Part shown: one piece after another, positions 32,749-44,031 of the stretch
Layout of the letters: each line of letters starts with the position of its first letter
How positions within the stretch are numbered: the first letter of the stretch is position 1
Origin: a virus
Taxonomy: Duplodnaviria > Caudoviricetes
Direction: 5' to 3' (one strand)
Virus record (IMG/VR): IMGVR_UViG_3300021387_000199
Span: 70,295-134,294 of that record
DNA: 64,000 bases
Translations under genes and position numbers: made by a program
The notes under the pieces: model-generated
Database searches by the model: none
Seen by the model: the letters and a program-made list of their open reading frames with translations, nothing else
What the model was told of the DNA's origin: nothing

Positions 32749-33786
32749 ATGGATTTCAATAAACTGATCAATTCAAAAGAATACGACTTTCTTCGTGAGA
32801 ATGAACATCTTGGAGACAAGATAATTCTTCTCGGACTCGGCGGATCCTGGGCTTACGGGACAAATGTAGAAACCTCCGACGTGGACATTCGGGGCTGTGC
32901 TCTGAATACAAAAGAAGAGATCCTGACAAACAAGAACTTCGAGCAGTTCGTAAATGAAGCAACGGACACAACGATCTATAGTTTCAACAAGCTTGTTTCG
33001 CTGCTCAGTAACTGTAATCCGAACACTATAGAGATCCTGGGACTCAAACCGGAACATTATCTGTATCTCTCTGATGTTGGACACGAGTTGGTGTATAACG
33101 CAGAGATGTTTCTGTCGAAGAAGGCGGTTCAATCATTCGGAGGATATGCCAACTCTCAGCTTCGTAGGCTAGACAACAAAGCGGCGCGGTTAGTCGGTCA
33201 GGCACAGAATGAAGAACACGTATTACACAGCATCCAGAATGCTTCTTTCGACTTCAGAAGAAAATACTTTGAATACCCTGAGGACGCTATTAAGCTATAT
33301 GTTGATAAGGCCGTGAATCCTGAGATGGAATCAGAGATCTTCATGGATGTGGATCTCCATCATTATCCGCTCAGAGACTACAAGTGCATGTGGTCAGAAA
33401 TGCACAATATCACTAAAGACTACGCAAAGATCGGGAAGAGGAACTCTCACGCGATTGAGCACGACAAGCTGGGGAAGCACATGATGCATCTGGTGAGGCT
33501 TTTCTACATGTGCTTCGACATTCTGGAGTGTCACGAAATCAATACTTATCGGGAGAAAGAACACGATCTTCTGATGGATATCCGAAACGGCAAGTATCTT
33601 GATGAGAACCGGCAGCCTATTCCTGAATTTTTCGAGATGGTGGATGAACTGGAGAAACGCCTGGATTACGACAAGGCGAACACGGATCTTCCGGCGAATC
33701 CTGACTATAAGAGGATCAATGAGTTTGTGATGGATGTTAATGAGAGGGTGGTACATGAACGGAAGTGCATTGAGAGAAATAGCTGA
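32749..33786 (+). CDS. Pol-beta-family nucleotidyltransferase (YcgL/RlaP-like)
   Basis: GGSWAYGTNVETSDVDIRG; NPNTIE; KHMMHLVRL. Confidence 0.85.
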   Translation: MDFNKLINSKEYDFLRENEHLGDKIILLGLGGSWAYGTNVETSDVDIRGCALNTKEEILTNKNFEQFVNEATDTTIYSFNKLVSLLSNCNPNTIEILGLKPEHYLYLSDVGHELVYNAEMFLSKKAVQSFGGYANSQLRRLDNKAARLVGQAQNEEHVLHSIQNASFDFRRKYFEYPEDAIKLYVDKAVNPEMESEIFMDVDLHHYPLRDYKCMWSEMHNITKDYAKIGKRNSHAIEHDKLGKHMMHLVRLFYMCFDILECHEINTYREKEHDLLMDIRNGKYLDENRQPIPEFFEMVDELEKRLDYDKANTDLPANPDYKRINEFVMDVNERVVHERKCIERNS

Positions 33787-34631
33787 ACGGTTAATGAGAC
33801 TTGAGAAATCAACATCAAATAATGGCAAGGAAAACTCGATGGTAAAAGAGGCTCTCAAAGGGTTAAATTATATAGGTGTTTGTTATGGAAAGGATGAAAC
33901 CGTTAGACGGGCATTAATCGGTATTAAAGACTATATATTTTCACTTGAAAGAGAGCTGAAACAAAAACGTCATTCCGATGATTTGATTGATGCAGAATAA
34001 AAGATTAGTGAGGCAGGATGGGCACGAATGAAGAATACAATACTAAAGATAATTGCATAGATTGTATATAGGATAAGAGAGGAGTCGTGGATTATGGCAT
34101 GGGAATCAGAAGGCGCTCTGGACAGGATGAGAGAATATATTTTGAAAGAGTTCGAATCACTCCGGATCGATGTGGATACAGAGTGTCAGTACAGAGATCC
34201 TACTGGAGCGTTGAGAGAAAAATACGAGCGAGCAAATGAAATGCTTGACGATTGTATATCTGTAGTCAATGAAGCGTGGATTAAAATGATATAAAAGAGC
34301 GCTAGTAAGGCAGAAATTATAAATGATAAAAATGTTAAGTAATGAGATTGTGGTTGATTATGTTAAACCAGAGTGGTTTCGCCGGGAATTAGCAGAAGCT
34401 GTGGCTAATGGAGAGAAGGTAACGTTGCAGATATTTCACGGTGATAGGTTTTGTAATGAATATCCTGTCGTGCTAAAGGATCGGAATAATGAAGTAGTGA
34501 ATACAAAAAAACAAGAGCAGAATACTACGTGGGCCAACAATGTAAAAAACTTACTTTCTAATGTTCCGACACCGACAATGAGAAAAATTAAAAATTGGTT
34601 TGTTTAAGGGGAACAACAATAGGAGGTAACA

Positions 34632-35489
34632 GTGGACGAATACTTAATTATTTAGGACGAAAGAAACCCGTTAGAGACCCGGTTCATTATAGATAACATG
34701 ACCTGGAGTTTTTCTCGGTTGAACTATAGCTGTCTACATGAGTGGGTCAGGCACTATGTAGACTGTGAGAAACAGGATAGTAACTTTTACGCGGAGTTTG
34801 GGTCGCTTGTTCATGAGTGTCTCGAATTCCACGCGAAAGGTGTTTTACCTGACGATCAGATCTTAGAATACTATGACAACAACTTCGACGATTACTGTAA
34901 GACTTACTTTGACCCTGAAAAGAGAGAAAATTATTACCTTCAGGGTTATGAATATCTTTCGGATATTCCGAAATATCTCCCTTTAGATAAGTACAACGTA
35001 ATAGGCGTGGAAAAGGAACTCCACTTTAACCTCGTAGAGGATCGCCCAGGGTATGAGCATCGGGAGTACCCGTTTACGGGCTTTATTGATCTGCTTTTAG
35101 AGAATAAGAAGACAGGCGGACTGATCTTCACGGACCATAAATCGTCATCCATGAAGTTCCGTAGAGACGGCGAACCATATAGAAATCAAGAAGAACATTG
35201 GAAAGCGTTTCAGAGACAGCAGCTACTTTACACGATCCCATTTGTAGAGGCCAGTAAGACCGTTGAAGCTCTTCAGTGGAATATGTTCCGATCGAAGTTT
35301 ATAAAGCGGATCCCGTGGACTCGTGAAGCCTATGACGAGGCCTACTACTGGGCGCTGGATCAGATACATACGCTCGAGAATGAGACAGTCTGGCCGGCGA
35401 ATGTGGACTTCTTTTATTGTAAAAATCTTTGCGGATATCGTGATAACTGTGTATTTGGTCAGTCTCAAGGTGACGATTTCTTTGAGTAA
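34632..35489 (+). CDS. PD-(D/E)xK nuclease (Cas4/AddB-like), 1 in-frame TAG at 34653
   Basis: RBS AGGAGG + GTG; WSFSRL, GSLVH, GFID...DHK, Q..LY, terminal Cys cluster. Confidence 0.8.
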
Positions 35490-38400
35490 TGGATAGGAGG
35501 GAGAGATTGATAGATCTGTACGAAGACGCCGAACTTGCTAAGAAAAGGCTCAAATTTGAATTTCCGTACGATGTTCATGATTGGATTGATAATCGGAATA
35601 TGGTCATGGAAAACTATCATAAACACACAGCCTGGAGTAATCTTACTCAGCCAGATTCGGCAACTCTCCCTGAAGATCAGATGAAGTTGTCGGAAGCAAG
35701 AGGCAGAAAACTCTATTTTTCAGGAGAACACGGATATCAAGGAGAGTGGTGGCATATATATGACTTATGCCAGAATTCTCCTCTCAATTTCAGGTATTCG
35801 GTAGAAGCATACTGGGTCAAAGACAAGGATAAAGTGTTTACAGAAGAGTATACCGACAAAAGCGGTGTAACTAAGACCCGCGAAGTCAAAGACCGGACGA
35901 ATTGTCACATGGTGATAGTCGCCCGGAATTATAACGCCGTAAGGAAGATGAACTATGTTCTATCCTGCGCGGCTGAAGATGGGTTTTATTACAAACCACG
36001 AATCGACCTCAAATTGCTCTTCACTCTTGATCCTGAAGATGTATATATTACATCTGCGTGTGTTGCCGGTTGGCTCTATCCTGACGCTGAAGAGGTCTGG
36101 TTGTCTGTTTGGAAACACTTCGGGGATAGCTTCTTCCTTGAATATCAGGCTAATAATACCGACCGGCAGAAGGAGTTAAATAAGAAAATCTGGGATCTGA
36201 GTCACAAATTTGGAATTCAAACGATCATCGGCCTAGACACTCATTACTTGAACGAGGAAGATCGAATCAAGAGAGAAAACATCCTTGCCCGGAAAAAGAT
36301 TTCATACCCTGAAGAGGAGGGTTGGTATATGGATGATCCTGAGGGAACGGAGTTATTTCTTCGTATGAAAAACCAGGGAGCTGTCCCCGTAAATGACATC
36401 CTCTATTCAATGATGAATACTCATGTTTTTGTTCAGGGCTGTGAGGATTTTGAACTGGATACAGACTTCAAGATCCCTATTCATCCAAAGTACAAAGATC
36501 TCGATTACGATGGGAGAGCTAAGATCCTTCAGGGACTCTTGAACGAAGCGTATAAAAAAGAGCCAAATAAATCCAAAGAAAAGATAGATGGCATTCGTTA
36601 TGAGTATGGAGAAATATACGGCAGCGGAACTGTTGATTACTTTATAGATAACGCTTCTATTGTTTCTCTGGCCACTTCAAAAGAATATGGCGGGCAGTTG
36701 ACAACTACTTCAAGAGGTTCTGCTGCTTCATATTATTGCAGCAAACTTCTCGGATTCACTACTATGGATCGCTTTGAAGTTGATGTTCCGATTTATCCAG
36801 AGAGATTCATCACTAAAGACAGAATTCTTGCCTCACATCAGATGCCCGATATCGATCTGAACATATCTGATCAGGCACCGTTTGTAAAAGCTACTAGAGA
36901 TATCTTCGGAGAACACTCCTGTTATCCTTTATTAGCTGTCGGAACTCTCGGTGAAAAATCAGGATTTAAGCTCTACGCTGATATTCAGGGAATTGAAGCT
37001 TCGACGGCTAATGACATTTCAAAAATGATCGATTCCTATAATGAGGCCCTGAAACAAGCTGAGGACGACGATAAAGATTCTATTTTGATCGAGGATTATA
37101 TTACTGATCCGAAGCTCTTAAAAATCTTTAACGAATCCAAGCCGTATCAGGGTATTCCTGAACAGGCTAAAGTTCATGCCTGTGGGTTCTGTTTGTTTAA
37201 CGGCAATCCCCGTCAACCAGACGTAATTGGATACGGTGATGTTCGGTACGAAATCGGATTAATGCGCTGCCATTCCGAATCAACAGGAAAGTCTGTGGTA
37301 GTTGCCTGTGTTGAAGGTGGCCTTCTGGATAAATATGGCATGGTTAAAGATGATTTTCTGATCGTTGATGTCGTAGGTATTATTCATAAGCTTTACGCAA
37401 GTATTGGACGAGATGTTCCCACCACTACCGAGCTTCGCCAGATGGTAACAGGTGACGAATTAACGTGGTCTATGTATGCCAAAGGCGCGACTTGTTGCTT
37501 GAATCAATGTGAAAAGCCTTCCACCACCAAGAAAGCGATAAAGTATAAACCTCAATCAATCAAAGAACTATCTGCTTTCGTAGCAGGAATCCGTCCAGGT
37601 TTTAAGAGTCACATAGATAATTTCCTTGCCAGAAAACCATATTCTAGTGGAGAAGCAGCAATTGACTCGCTTCTCGAAGACTGTTTCCACTATATGATTT
37701 ATCAGGAAGCGGTTATGAAGATCTTTGGATATTTAGGTATCCCAATGAAAGATTCTTATGACACGATCAAAAAGATCAGCAAGAAGAAATTAAAAGGCGC
37801 GGCTCTTAAACATGTGGAAGATACCCTAAAAGAGCACTGGCTCCAGAATATAGGCAACATGGATAATTTTGATCCTGTATATCAGGTCATCAAGGATTCT
37901 GCCCGGTATTCATTTAATGCACCCCATGCCTTTGCAATGGCAAATGATAGTTTATACGAAGCTTGGATGAAAGCTCATCATACAAGTAAGTTCTATGAGG
38001 TGGTTCTTAATCATTACGATCATAAAGGTGATAGCAAAGATAAGATTTCCGAACTGGAAGCTGAAGCGAGAAAGTTCTTTGGCTATGAAATTCTTCCGTT
38101 TAGGTTTGGGAATGATAATACCAGATTTGTAGTAGATGACGAGAAAAAGACTATTTCTCCGAGTCTTGCGTCCGTTAAAGGGTTTGGTATGAAAGTGGTT
38201 GAGGATATCTATAAACTGTCTCAGAATGAATATTCCGATTTTATGGAGTTATACCTTGCGGCAAGCGGAACGAGGGTTACACCCGCGATTTTTGAGAAAT
38301 TAATTAAAATCGGGTACTTCTCAGATTTTGGCCCAGCAAAGAAACTTCTGAAGGAAGTAGCAGTTATCAAAACGTGGAAGGGGCGTAAGACTCTTTCAAA

Positions 38401-38923
38401 ATCTGCTCTTTCAGAATGGGGGTTAGATGGCGTTGATCTGTCTAAATGTACCACTGATGTCCTAAAAAGCGGTAATATTAGTGAAAAACAATACACTGTA
38501 ACAGACTGGTTTACTCTCGCCAAAGAAATCTGTAAAAGAATTCCTGATGACGAATTCTCCCTTTCAGAGCTTGTTAAGTTTCAGAATGAAATACTTGGAT
38601 ATATCGAGTATAAGAATCCTAACCTTTCAGGGACGATCATTGCCGTCACCAAACTCGACACGAAGTATTCTCCTAAATTTCAGGCGTATTGCTTGAAAGA
38701 CGGAAGAACCGTTGAGATGAAAATCCACAAGAGGAAGAACGCCAAAGAAAAAAAGATTAAAACAGCTTTCGCTGATACACCCGTTGAGAATGGGGATGTC
38801 GTTCTGATGAAGTCGTGGAGTGAAGAACCTCGAAAAAGAAAAAATGCCGGGGGGGAATGGGAGAAAATTCCCGGCGTATTTGACTGGTGGCTCAATGAGT
38901 ACTCAATAATTAACACCTTGTAA
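35489..38923 (+). CDS. dnaE: DNA polymerase III alpha subunit
   Basis: PHP NYHKH and DTHY; RGSAA; PDIDL; YSFNAPHA. Confidence 0.9.
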   Translation: MDRRERLIDLYEDAELAKKRLKFEFPYDVHDWIDNRNMVMENYHKHTAWSNLTQPDSATLPEDQMKLSEARGRKLYFSGEHGYQGEWWHIYDLCQNSPLNFRYSVEAYWVKDKDKVFTEEYTDKSGVTKTREVKDRTNCHMVIVARNYNAVRKMNYVLSCAAEDGFYYKPRIDLKLLFTLDPEDVYITSACVAGWLYPDAEEVWLSVWKHFGDSFFLEYQANNTDRQKELNKKIWDLSHKFGIQTIIGLDTHYLNEEDRIKRENILARKKISYPEEEGWYMDDPEGTELFLRMKNQGAVPVNDILYSMMNTHVFVQGCEDFELDTDFKIPIHPKYKDLDYDGRAKILQGLLNEAYKKEPNKSKEKIDGIRYEYGEIYGSGTVDYFIDNASIVSLATSKEYGGQLTTTSRGSAASYYCSKLLGFTTMDRFEVDVPIYPERFITKDRILASHQMPDIDLNISDQAPFVKATRDIFGEHSCYPLLAVGTLGEKSGFKLYADIQGIEASTANDISKMIDSYNEALKQAEDDDKDSILIEDYITDPKLLKIFNESKPYQGIPEQAKVHACGFCLFNGNPRQPDVIGYGDVRYEIGLMRCHSESTGKSVVVACVEGGLLDKYGMVKDDFLIVDVVGIIHKLYASIGRDVPTTTELRQMVTGDELTWSMYAKGATCCLNQCEKPSTTKKAIKYKPQSIKELSAFVAGIRPGFKSHIDNFLARKPYSSGEAAIDSLLEDCFHYMIYQEAVMKIFGYLGIPMKDSYDTIKKISKKKLKGAALKHVEDTLKEHWLQNIGNMDNFDPVYQVIKDSARYSFNAPHAFAMANDSLYEAWMKAHHTSKFYEVVLNHYDHKGDSKDKISELEAEARKFFGYEILPFRFGNDNTRFVVDDEKKTISPSLASVKGFGMKVVEDIYKLSQNEYSDFMELYLAASGTRVTPAIFEKLIKIGYFSDFGPAKKLLKEVAVIKTWKGRKTLSKSALSEWGLDGVDLSKCTTDVLKSGNISEKQYTVTDWFTLAKEICKRIPDDEFSLSELVKFQNEILGYIEYKNPNLSGTIIAVTKLDTKYSPKFQAYCLKDGRTVEMKIHKRKNAKEKKIKTAFADTPVENGDVVLMKSWSEEPRKRKNAGGEWEKIPGVFDWWLNEYSIINTL

Positions 38924-38934
38924 AGGAGATCACA

Positions 38935-39471
38935 ATGTTACTTGAATGTTACAGATATACAGACGGGTAGCTGAAGAAGCTTATCAAGTCGATGACTATA
39001 TTGGTCGACACCCGGGAACAGCAGAATAAACACATCACGGATTATTTCGAAGCAAAGAAAATCCCATTCAAAGAAAAGGCTCTTGAATACGGGGACTATT
39101 CGTTTATGGTACCGAAAAACGAAGAGCTTTCAATTCCCAGAGATCTTAATTTTTCTCACAAGATAATGATAGAGCGCAAAGGGTCACTTGAAGAGATATC
39201 AGGGAACCTTTCAACGGACAGGGCGCGGTTTGAAAAAGAACTGGCCCTGGCCCCTGAGCGTAAGGTTCTTCTGATAGAGGGCGCTTCATATATGGATTTG
39301 GCTAACGGCAATTACCGGACAGATTATAAGGTTCCGTCATTTCTGGCGAGCCTACAGACTTTCTGGCATCGGTACAATTTCCCGGTGTTTTTCATGCCTG
39401 ACCGCCGATATAGTGGGCTCTTTATCAAGCAGTTTTTTGAATACTATCTTAAGGAACAGTTGAAAAAATAA
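38935..39471 (+). CDS. ERCC4-domain nuclease, 1 in-frame TAG at 38968
   Basis: RBS AAGGAG; MLLECYRYTDG*LKKLIKSMTILVDTREQ; GDY; IERK. Confidence 0.85.
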
Positions 39472-39488
39472 TCAGAAGGAGGTTACTG

Positions 39489-40268
39489 ATGAAAGAAGTA
39501 TTTAATCAGGTTCTCGGAACATTTGAGAACGAAGATATCCGCAAGTTTGCGGAGAAATGTATAGATACGGCTCCTCCGTATTTTTATGAGGTGGGAGCAT
39601 CGAGTACCGGGAAATATCATCCTCAATATGCCCTTGGGGTCGGAGGGTTAGCCAGACACACTGTCGCGCTTGTCAGGATCCTTAATCATATGTTCGGGGT
39701 TGAATCTATTGCGAACCAGTTTACGTCAAGAGAGCGGGATCTTCTGAGAGTCGCCGGCATCACCCACGATATGCAGAAGTCTGGTACTCAGGCGGATTAT
39801 GAGAAGAATAAGTATACGAAATTCGATCATCCTCTGAGAGCCGCGAAGTTTGTTGAATCCATCAAAGACGACCATATCACAGACGAAGATAAGCATTTCA
39901 TTATGCATTGTATTGAGAGCCATATGGGAGCATTCAACACCGATAAACGGAATCCCGGCGTCATTCTTCCTACTCCTCAGGATAAATATCAGATCATCTT
40001 ACACCTCGCGGATTATTTAGCGAGCAGAAAAGATTTGGAAGTCCTCTTCGACAATCTCCCTGAAGTAGAAAACAAACTGTCTCGCCCGAAGAAACTTACT
40101 CCCGATGACGTAGACATCAACGAGTTCCAGATCAAGTTCGGCAAGTACGCCGGCCTCACTTGGCCAGAGATAGAAGTGGACAACCCCGGCTATCTGGATT
40201 GGGGAAAGGACAAAGAAGGCTTTGCTTTCGACGTTCTCAGAAGATACCTGAAGGAGAAAACATCATGA
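39489..40268 (+). CDS. HD-domain phosphohydrolase
   Basis: ASSTGKYHP...GGLARHT; HD; H; LHLADY. Confidence 0.85.
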   Translation: MKEVFNQVLGTFENEDIRKFAEKCIDTAPPYFYEVGASSTGKYHPQYALGVGGLARHTVALVRILNHMFGVESIANQFTSRERDLLRVAGITHDMQKSGTQADYEKNKYTKFDHPLRAAKFVESIKDDHITDEDKHFIMHCIESHMGAFNTDKRNPGVILPTPQDKYQIILHLADYLASRKDLEVLFDNLPEVENKLSRPKKLTPDDVDINEFQIKFGKYAGLTWPEIEVDNPGYLDWGKDKEGFAFDVLRRYLKEKTS

Positions 40269-41114
40269 GGAATATGTTCTGGGAATACGAAGACGAAGAG
40301 GATGACGGACTGTACTACGACGATGATGAATTTTCATTCTCAAGTGTGCCAGCTGAAGACTGGAACCTCTGTGAGAATTGCAGTAATTACCTGAAAGGTA
40401 AATGTTTACTGGATATGCATGAGGTTGAGCCAGATGAACCTTGCAGTTACAACCTGAAGAAGGAGAAGAAAGAAAATGAATAATTGGCATTTTGTGAAAG
40501 ATATTTTACCTGTCGATAAAGATGTATATAACGTAACACTGTCTGATGGAAAAGTGACCAGCTTGTTTTATGCGGGGAATGAACGCTGGGAAAATCCGTC
40601 TACATGTTACGATGATTATGACGTTGTCGCTTGGACTCCTATGCCGGAACCGGCTGTTCCCGTTAAAAAATACCGTTACAGATTAAATCCCCCTGGATAC
40701 GGGAACCTAAGGGAGGTTTATCTTACGGCAGCTGGCTTAGCTCTTACTGTAGCTGAATGGGATATCCCCGTTTGTAAAGACAGTTACAAAAATGTATTCA
40801 CTAAAAAAGAGTATAAGTACCTTTCTGATCACTGGAATTTTTACTATGACTTGTTTACAGCTGAAGACATTCCCGGCGAAGAAAGTGAGGGGAAATAATG
40901 ACCTACGACGATGTGAGAAGTACGATTGTAAATCGAATCGAAACAGAACGGAAAGCGGTCATAGATAAGATTAACACCGCTATCAAGGTCGAAGATTGGG
41001 AAGACATCAAAGCCGATATAGAGTTCATCATTCAGGCCCACGGCGCGATTTTAATGATTGATCACGTCAAGGAAGTAGGCGAAAAATTTGATTCAGAAAC
41101 TAAGCCCTCTGCTT

Positions 41115-41146
41115 GAGGGTTTAGATCTGACCGGTTTTGAGAAATA
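41115..41146 (+). promoter_or_regulatory. phage-specific bipartite promoter, copy 3
   Basis: GAGGGTTT-N15-TGAGAAATA. Confidence 0.7.
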
Positions 41147-41477
41147 ACACCTGTACCTATTTTCCTATAATGAGAGGAGATCTATATGAGCAGAAAGAAT
41201 AGTAATGCAAACAAGGGCGGAAATCAGAAGAACAGAAACCAGAATCGCAACAAGAGGGCCGGCGGACAGATTTTTGGTAAGAAGAGACAGCAGACGGATA
41301 GATCCGATCTGAAACCGACACGCTGCTCTGTGTGTAGGTTTAACCAGACTGAAGCGCCGTGTTACCAGAAGGTACACCTCCTCCCTGAGCAGGAATATAT
41401 TGACTGTGTTCCAGCGCTGGTTCATTACTCAGAGAAGAAGCTGGCGCAGATGAACGTAATTTAAGAAAGGAGTGGTT

Positions 41478-41729
41478 ATGAAGTTACGAAACCTTTAGAA
41501 AGAAGACATTGAGCGGTTCTTTACCGTAGTCGACAAGTGCGACGAAGATGTAAAGCTCGTAATCAAGGATCAGGTAGAGCTAAACCTGAAGAGTAAGCTC
41601 AGTCAGTTTATGGCTCTGGTAGGGCTTTTCTCTCAGGCAAAAGTGCCGGAAATTGAGATTTTCTGCAAGTCTGATAACGACGTGAAGAGATTGATCGATT
41701 TTATGGTAGCGGATGGGGGAACATGGTAA
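41478..41729 (+). CDS. HPr-fold-like small protein, 1 in-frame TAG at 41496 (missed by the ORF track)
   Basis: RBS AAAGGAG; MKLRNL*KEDIERFFTVVDKC...LNLKSKLSQF. Confidence 0.7.
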
Positions 41730-41971
41730 GAAGAATGAAGCCTATTCATATAAAGCTTGATCTGGATGATCCAGATATTTTCAAACAGTTTTCTACCGAT
41801 GTTAATTCGTTCCGGTCTGATATAGACGCGAAATCCGGGAGCATCCACGTTGACGCGAAGAGTCTTCTCGCCATCGTGGCTCTCGGCAAACCGGAGTTTG
41901 ATGTAACTATAGTTAGCGCAGATACCGCCGAAATGGTGCGGTTTAAGAAAGTGATGGAGAAGTATACGTGA
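41723..41971 (+). CDS. HPr-like protein
   Basis: VDAKSLLAI, the HPr Ser46-region motif. Confidence 0.7.
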   Translation: MVRRMKPIHIKLDLDDPDIFKQFSTDVNSFRSDIDAKSGSIHVDAKSLLAIVALGKPEFDVTIVSADTAEMVRFKKVMEKYT

Positions 41972-42639
41972 AGTTCGAGAATTGGAAGGCCTTCAATTTT
42001 ATTGGAGCAATACAGGGGGCGAGAAATCCCTTTAACTCGTGGGAACGAATGGACTCATACGAACAAAATGGCAGTGATGTAGCTGATTAGATTGAACCCA
42101 ACAACATAGTAATCGGGCCAAATGACCTGAAACTGTGTCAGAATTTACTGAAGTCGGCAACAAAAGATCATAGAGATTCACATTCAAAATTCTTACGGCA
42201 AATCATGGTAAGCGTGGACGTAACTGCGCCGCTCTACTTTTTCAAAGAATGGGATACCTACAAGGTAGCAACTACGACCAACTCCACGTCAACAATGTGG
42301 AAGCTTGCCTCTACCCCTATCACAAGAGAATGTTTTGAGTTCGGGGATTATTCAGAAAAAGAGGGTCTCGATAACTTCTGGAGTGAATTGATAAATTATC
42401 TGGAACTTATCAGACAAACGTTTAATAAAACAAAAGACAAGGCTGATTGGAAGGAATTGATCCGCCTTTTGCCGGAATCGTGGTTACAGACCAGACACTG
42501 GACTGGAAACTATCAGGTTCTGCGCAACATGTATTTTGACCGCCGCAATCACAAACTCACTGAATGGAGCAAGGATTTTGTTGGCTGGGTGGAGCAGCTT
42601 CCCTATGCCAAAGAACTCATAATGTACGAAGGGAATTAA
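41968..42639 (+). CDS. ThyX-like phage protein, 1 in-frame TAG at 42088
   Basis: GARNPFNSW...IGPNDL...HSKFLRQI in frame with TAPLYFFKEWDTYK...STM...RRNHKLTEW. Confidence 0.75.
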
Positions 42640-42642
42640 TTC

Positions 42643-43002
42643 GTGAAGAAAACAGATATAGAAGAATTAAGAGAATATAGAAACCTTAAAGCTTCAGGCC
42701 GCCTCCTGATTATCCCTGAGGGGATGAAAGATGGAGATACGGTCTGGACTTTTAGCGTTGAAGATGGAAGAGTGTCTTCGCACATGATTATTGAGTGGGT
42801 TGTTGTAACCGGCAGACTATTTGGAAAGATCGCTCTTGACGATGATTACTCTTTGTTCTCTCCGGACGATATAGGGAAAACGGTATTCCCTACGAAAGAG
42901 GCGGCAGAAGAAATGTTGGCCTTTAGGACGAAGCAAGTAGAAGATTTCGCCGACACGATGCCTGAGCCTCAGGAGAAGGAGTACGAAGTATGTTGGTCAT
43001 AA
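42643..43002 (+). CDS. hypothetical phage protein
   Basis: IGKTVFPTKEAAE motif common in phage accessory proteins. Confidence 0.6.
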   Translation: MKKTDIEELREYRNLKASGRLLIIPEGMKDGDTVWTFSVEDGRVSSHMIIEWVVVTGRLFGKIALDDDYSLFSPDDIGKTVFPTKEAAEEMLAFRTKQVEDFADTMPEPQEKEYEVCWS

Positions 43003-43583
43003 TAGGACGTAGCTGCTCAGGGAAGGATACAATTGCCCGGGAACTTCAGCGGCGAGGATACTACCGTTATCTGACGTATACTACTAGACCTCAGCGCGAG
43101 GGGGAACCGGACGACGCGTACAATTTCGTTTCAGAGCCGGTGTTTCTCGACATGATAGGCCATGATGAGTTTATGGAATACAAGAAATACTTGGTTGCCG
43201 ACGGCAGTACCTGGTATTACGGCTCAGAGTGGCCAGGTGTTAACCACAGTGATAACCATAACTTCATGATCCTTACCCCGCAGGGCTATCTTGATATCAA
43301 GGATAAGCTGCCAGATGGTTCTTATTGTATCTATATTGAAGCGAACAATAAGACGATCCTGAAGCGTCTGAAGAAGCGTGGGGATAGCCGGGAAGAAGCT
43401 GATCGCCGGTTTAAGCAGGATATTAAGGATTTTATGAAGGCCTACGATATTGCAGATCATGTTTTTTACAATAATGACGGCGCGGATGTGGAAGAGGTTG
43501 TTGACCGGATAGAGGATTTTCTGAGAACCGGAAGAAAACAGGTGCGCGGCATCTATCCTCATGACGGATATCCTCATGATTAA
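42990..43583 (+). CDS. gmk: guanylate kinase-like
   Basis: GRSCSGKD; TTRPQREGE; YNFVS; WYYG. Confidence 0.85.
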   Translation: MLVIIGRSCSGKDTIARELQRRGYYRYLTYTTRPQREGEPDDAYNFVSEPVFLDMIGHDEFMEYKKYLVADGSTWYYGSEWPGVNHSDNHNFMILTPQGYLDIKDKLPDGSYCIYIEANNKTILKRLKKRGDSREEADRRFKQDIKDFMKAYDIADHVFYNNDGADVEEVVDRIEDFLRTGRKQVRGIYPHDGYPHD

Positions 43584-43593
43584 GGAGGACAGG

Positions 43594-44010
43594 ATGAAGA
43601 AGTACGTTTTTCTTTCAGGCCCCATCTTGAACGCTGAAGACGGAGGTAAAGACTGGCGTCTTCAGGTGTATAGGTATTCATACGACCATGAGTGGGGACT
43701 CAAGATCTTTGATCCCGATGAATTCTTTGATTACGACTGGAATAATCAGTATCAAAAATCAGATCGCCAAATTCGTGAATATTACTTTCAGGGGATTAAA
43801 AAAGCGGAAGTCGTTCTGGTTAATCTGAACGGAACAGATAGTTCCATAGGAACAGGTTGCGAAGTTACTTACGCCAACTGTCACGATGTTCCGGTGGTTG
43901 GATGGGGAGATACGAATGTTTATCCCTGGATCAGAGATATGTGTACTGTAGTGTTTGACACGCTTGAGGAAGCGCTGGGCTACCTGAGCGTGTATTACGA
44001 TTTGGAATAA
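43594..44010 (+). CDS. nucleoside 2-deoxyribosyltransferase-like
   Basis: VFLSGPI...WR...SIGTGCEV. Confidence 0.75.
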   Translation: MKKYVFLSGPILNAEDGGKDWRLQVYRYSYDHEWGLKIFDPDEFFDYDWNNQYQKSDRQIREYYFQGIKKAEVVLVNLNGTDSSIGTGCEVTYANCHDVPVVGWGDTNVYPWIRDMCTVVFDTLEEALGYLSVYYDLE

Positions 44011-44031
44011 TGAAGAGAGGAGGAACTGTGT

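Noticed and set aside
34018-34238. Further possible TAG-containing ORF starting at 34018
   Set aside because: It overlaps the RBS-supported 34094-34294 gene out of frame and has no supporting motif, so it was not counted.
34632-35489. Cas4 of a CRISPR system
   Set aside because: It is a solo PD-(D/E)xK nuclease next to dnaE, a usual phage replication context, with no array or other cas genes.
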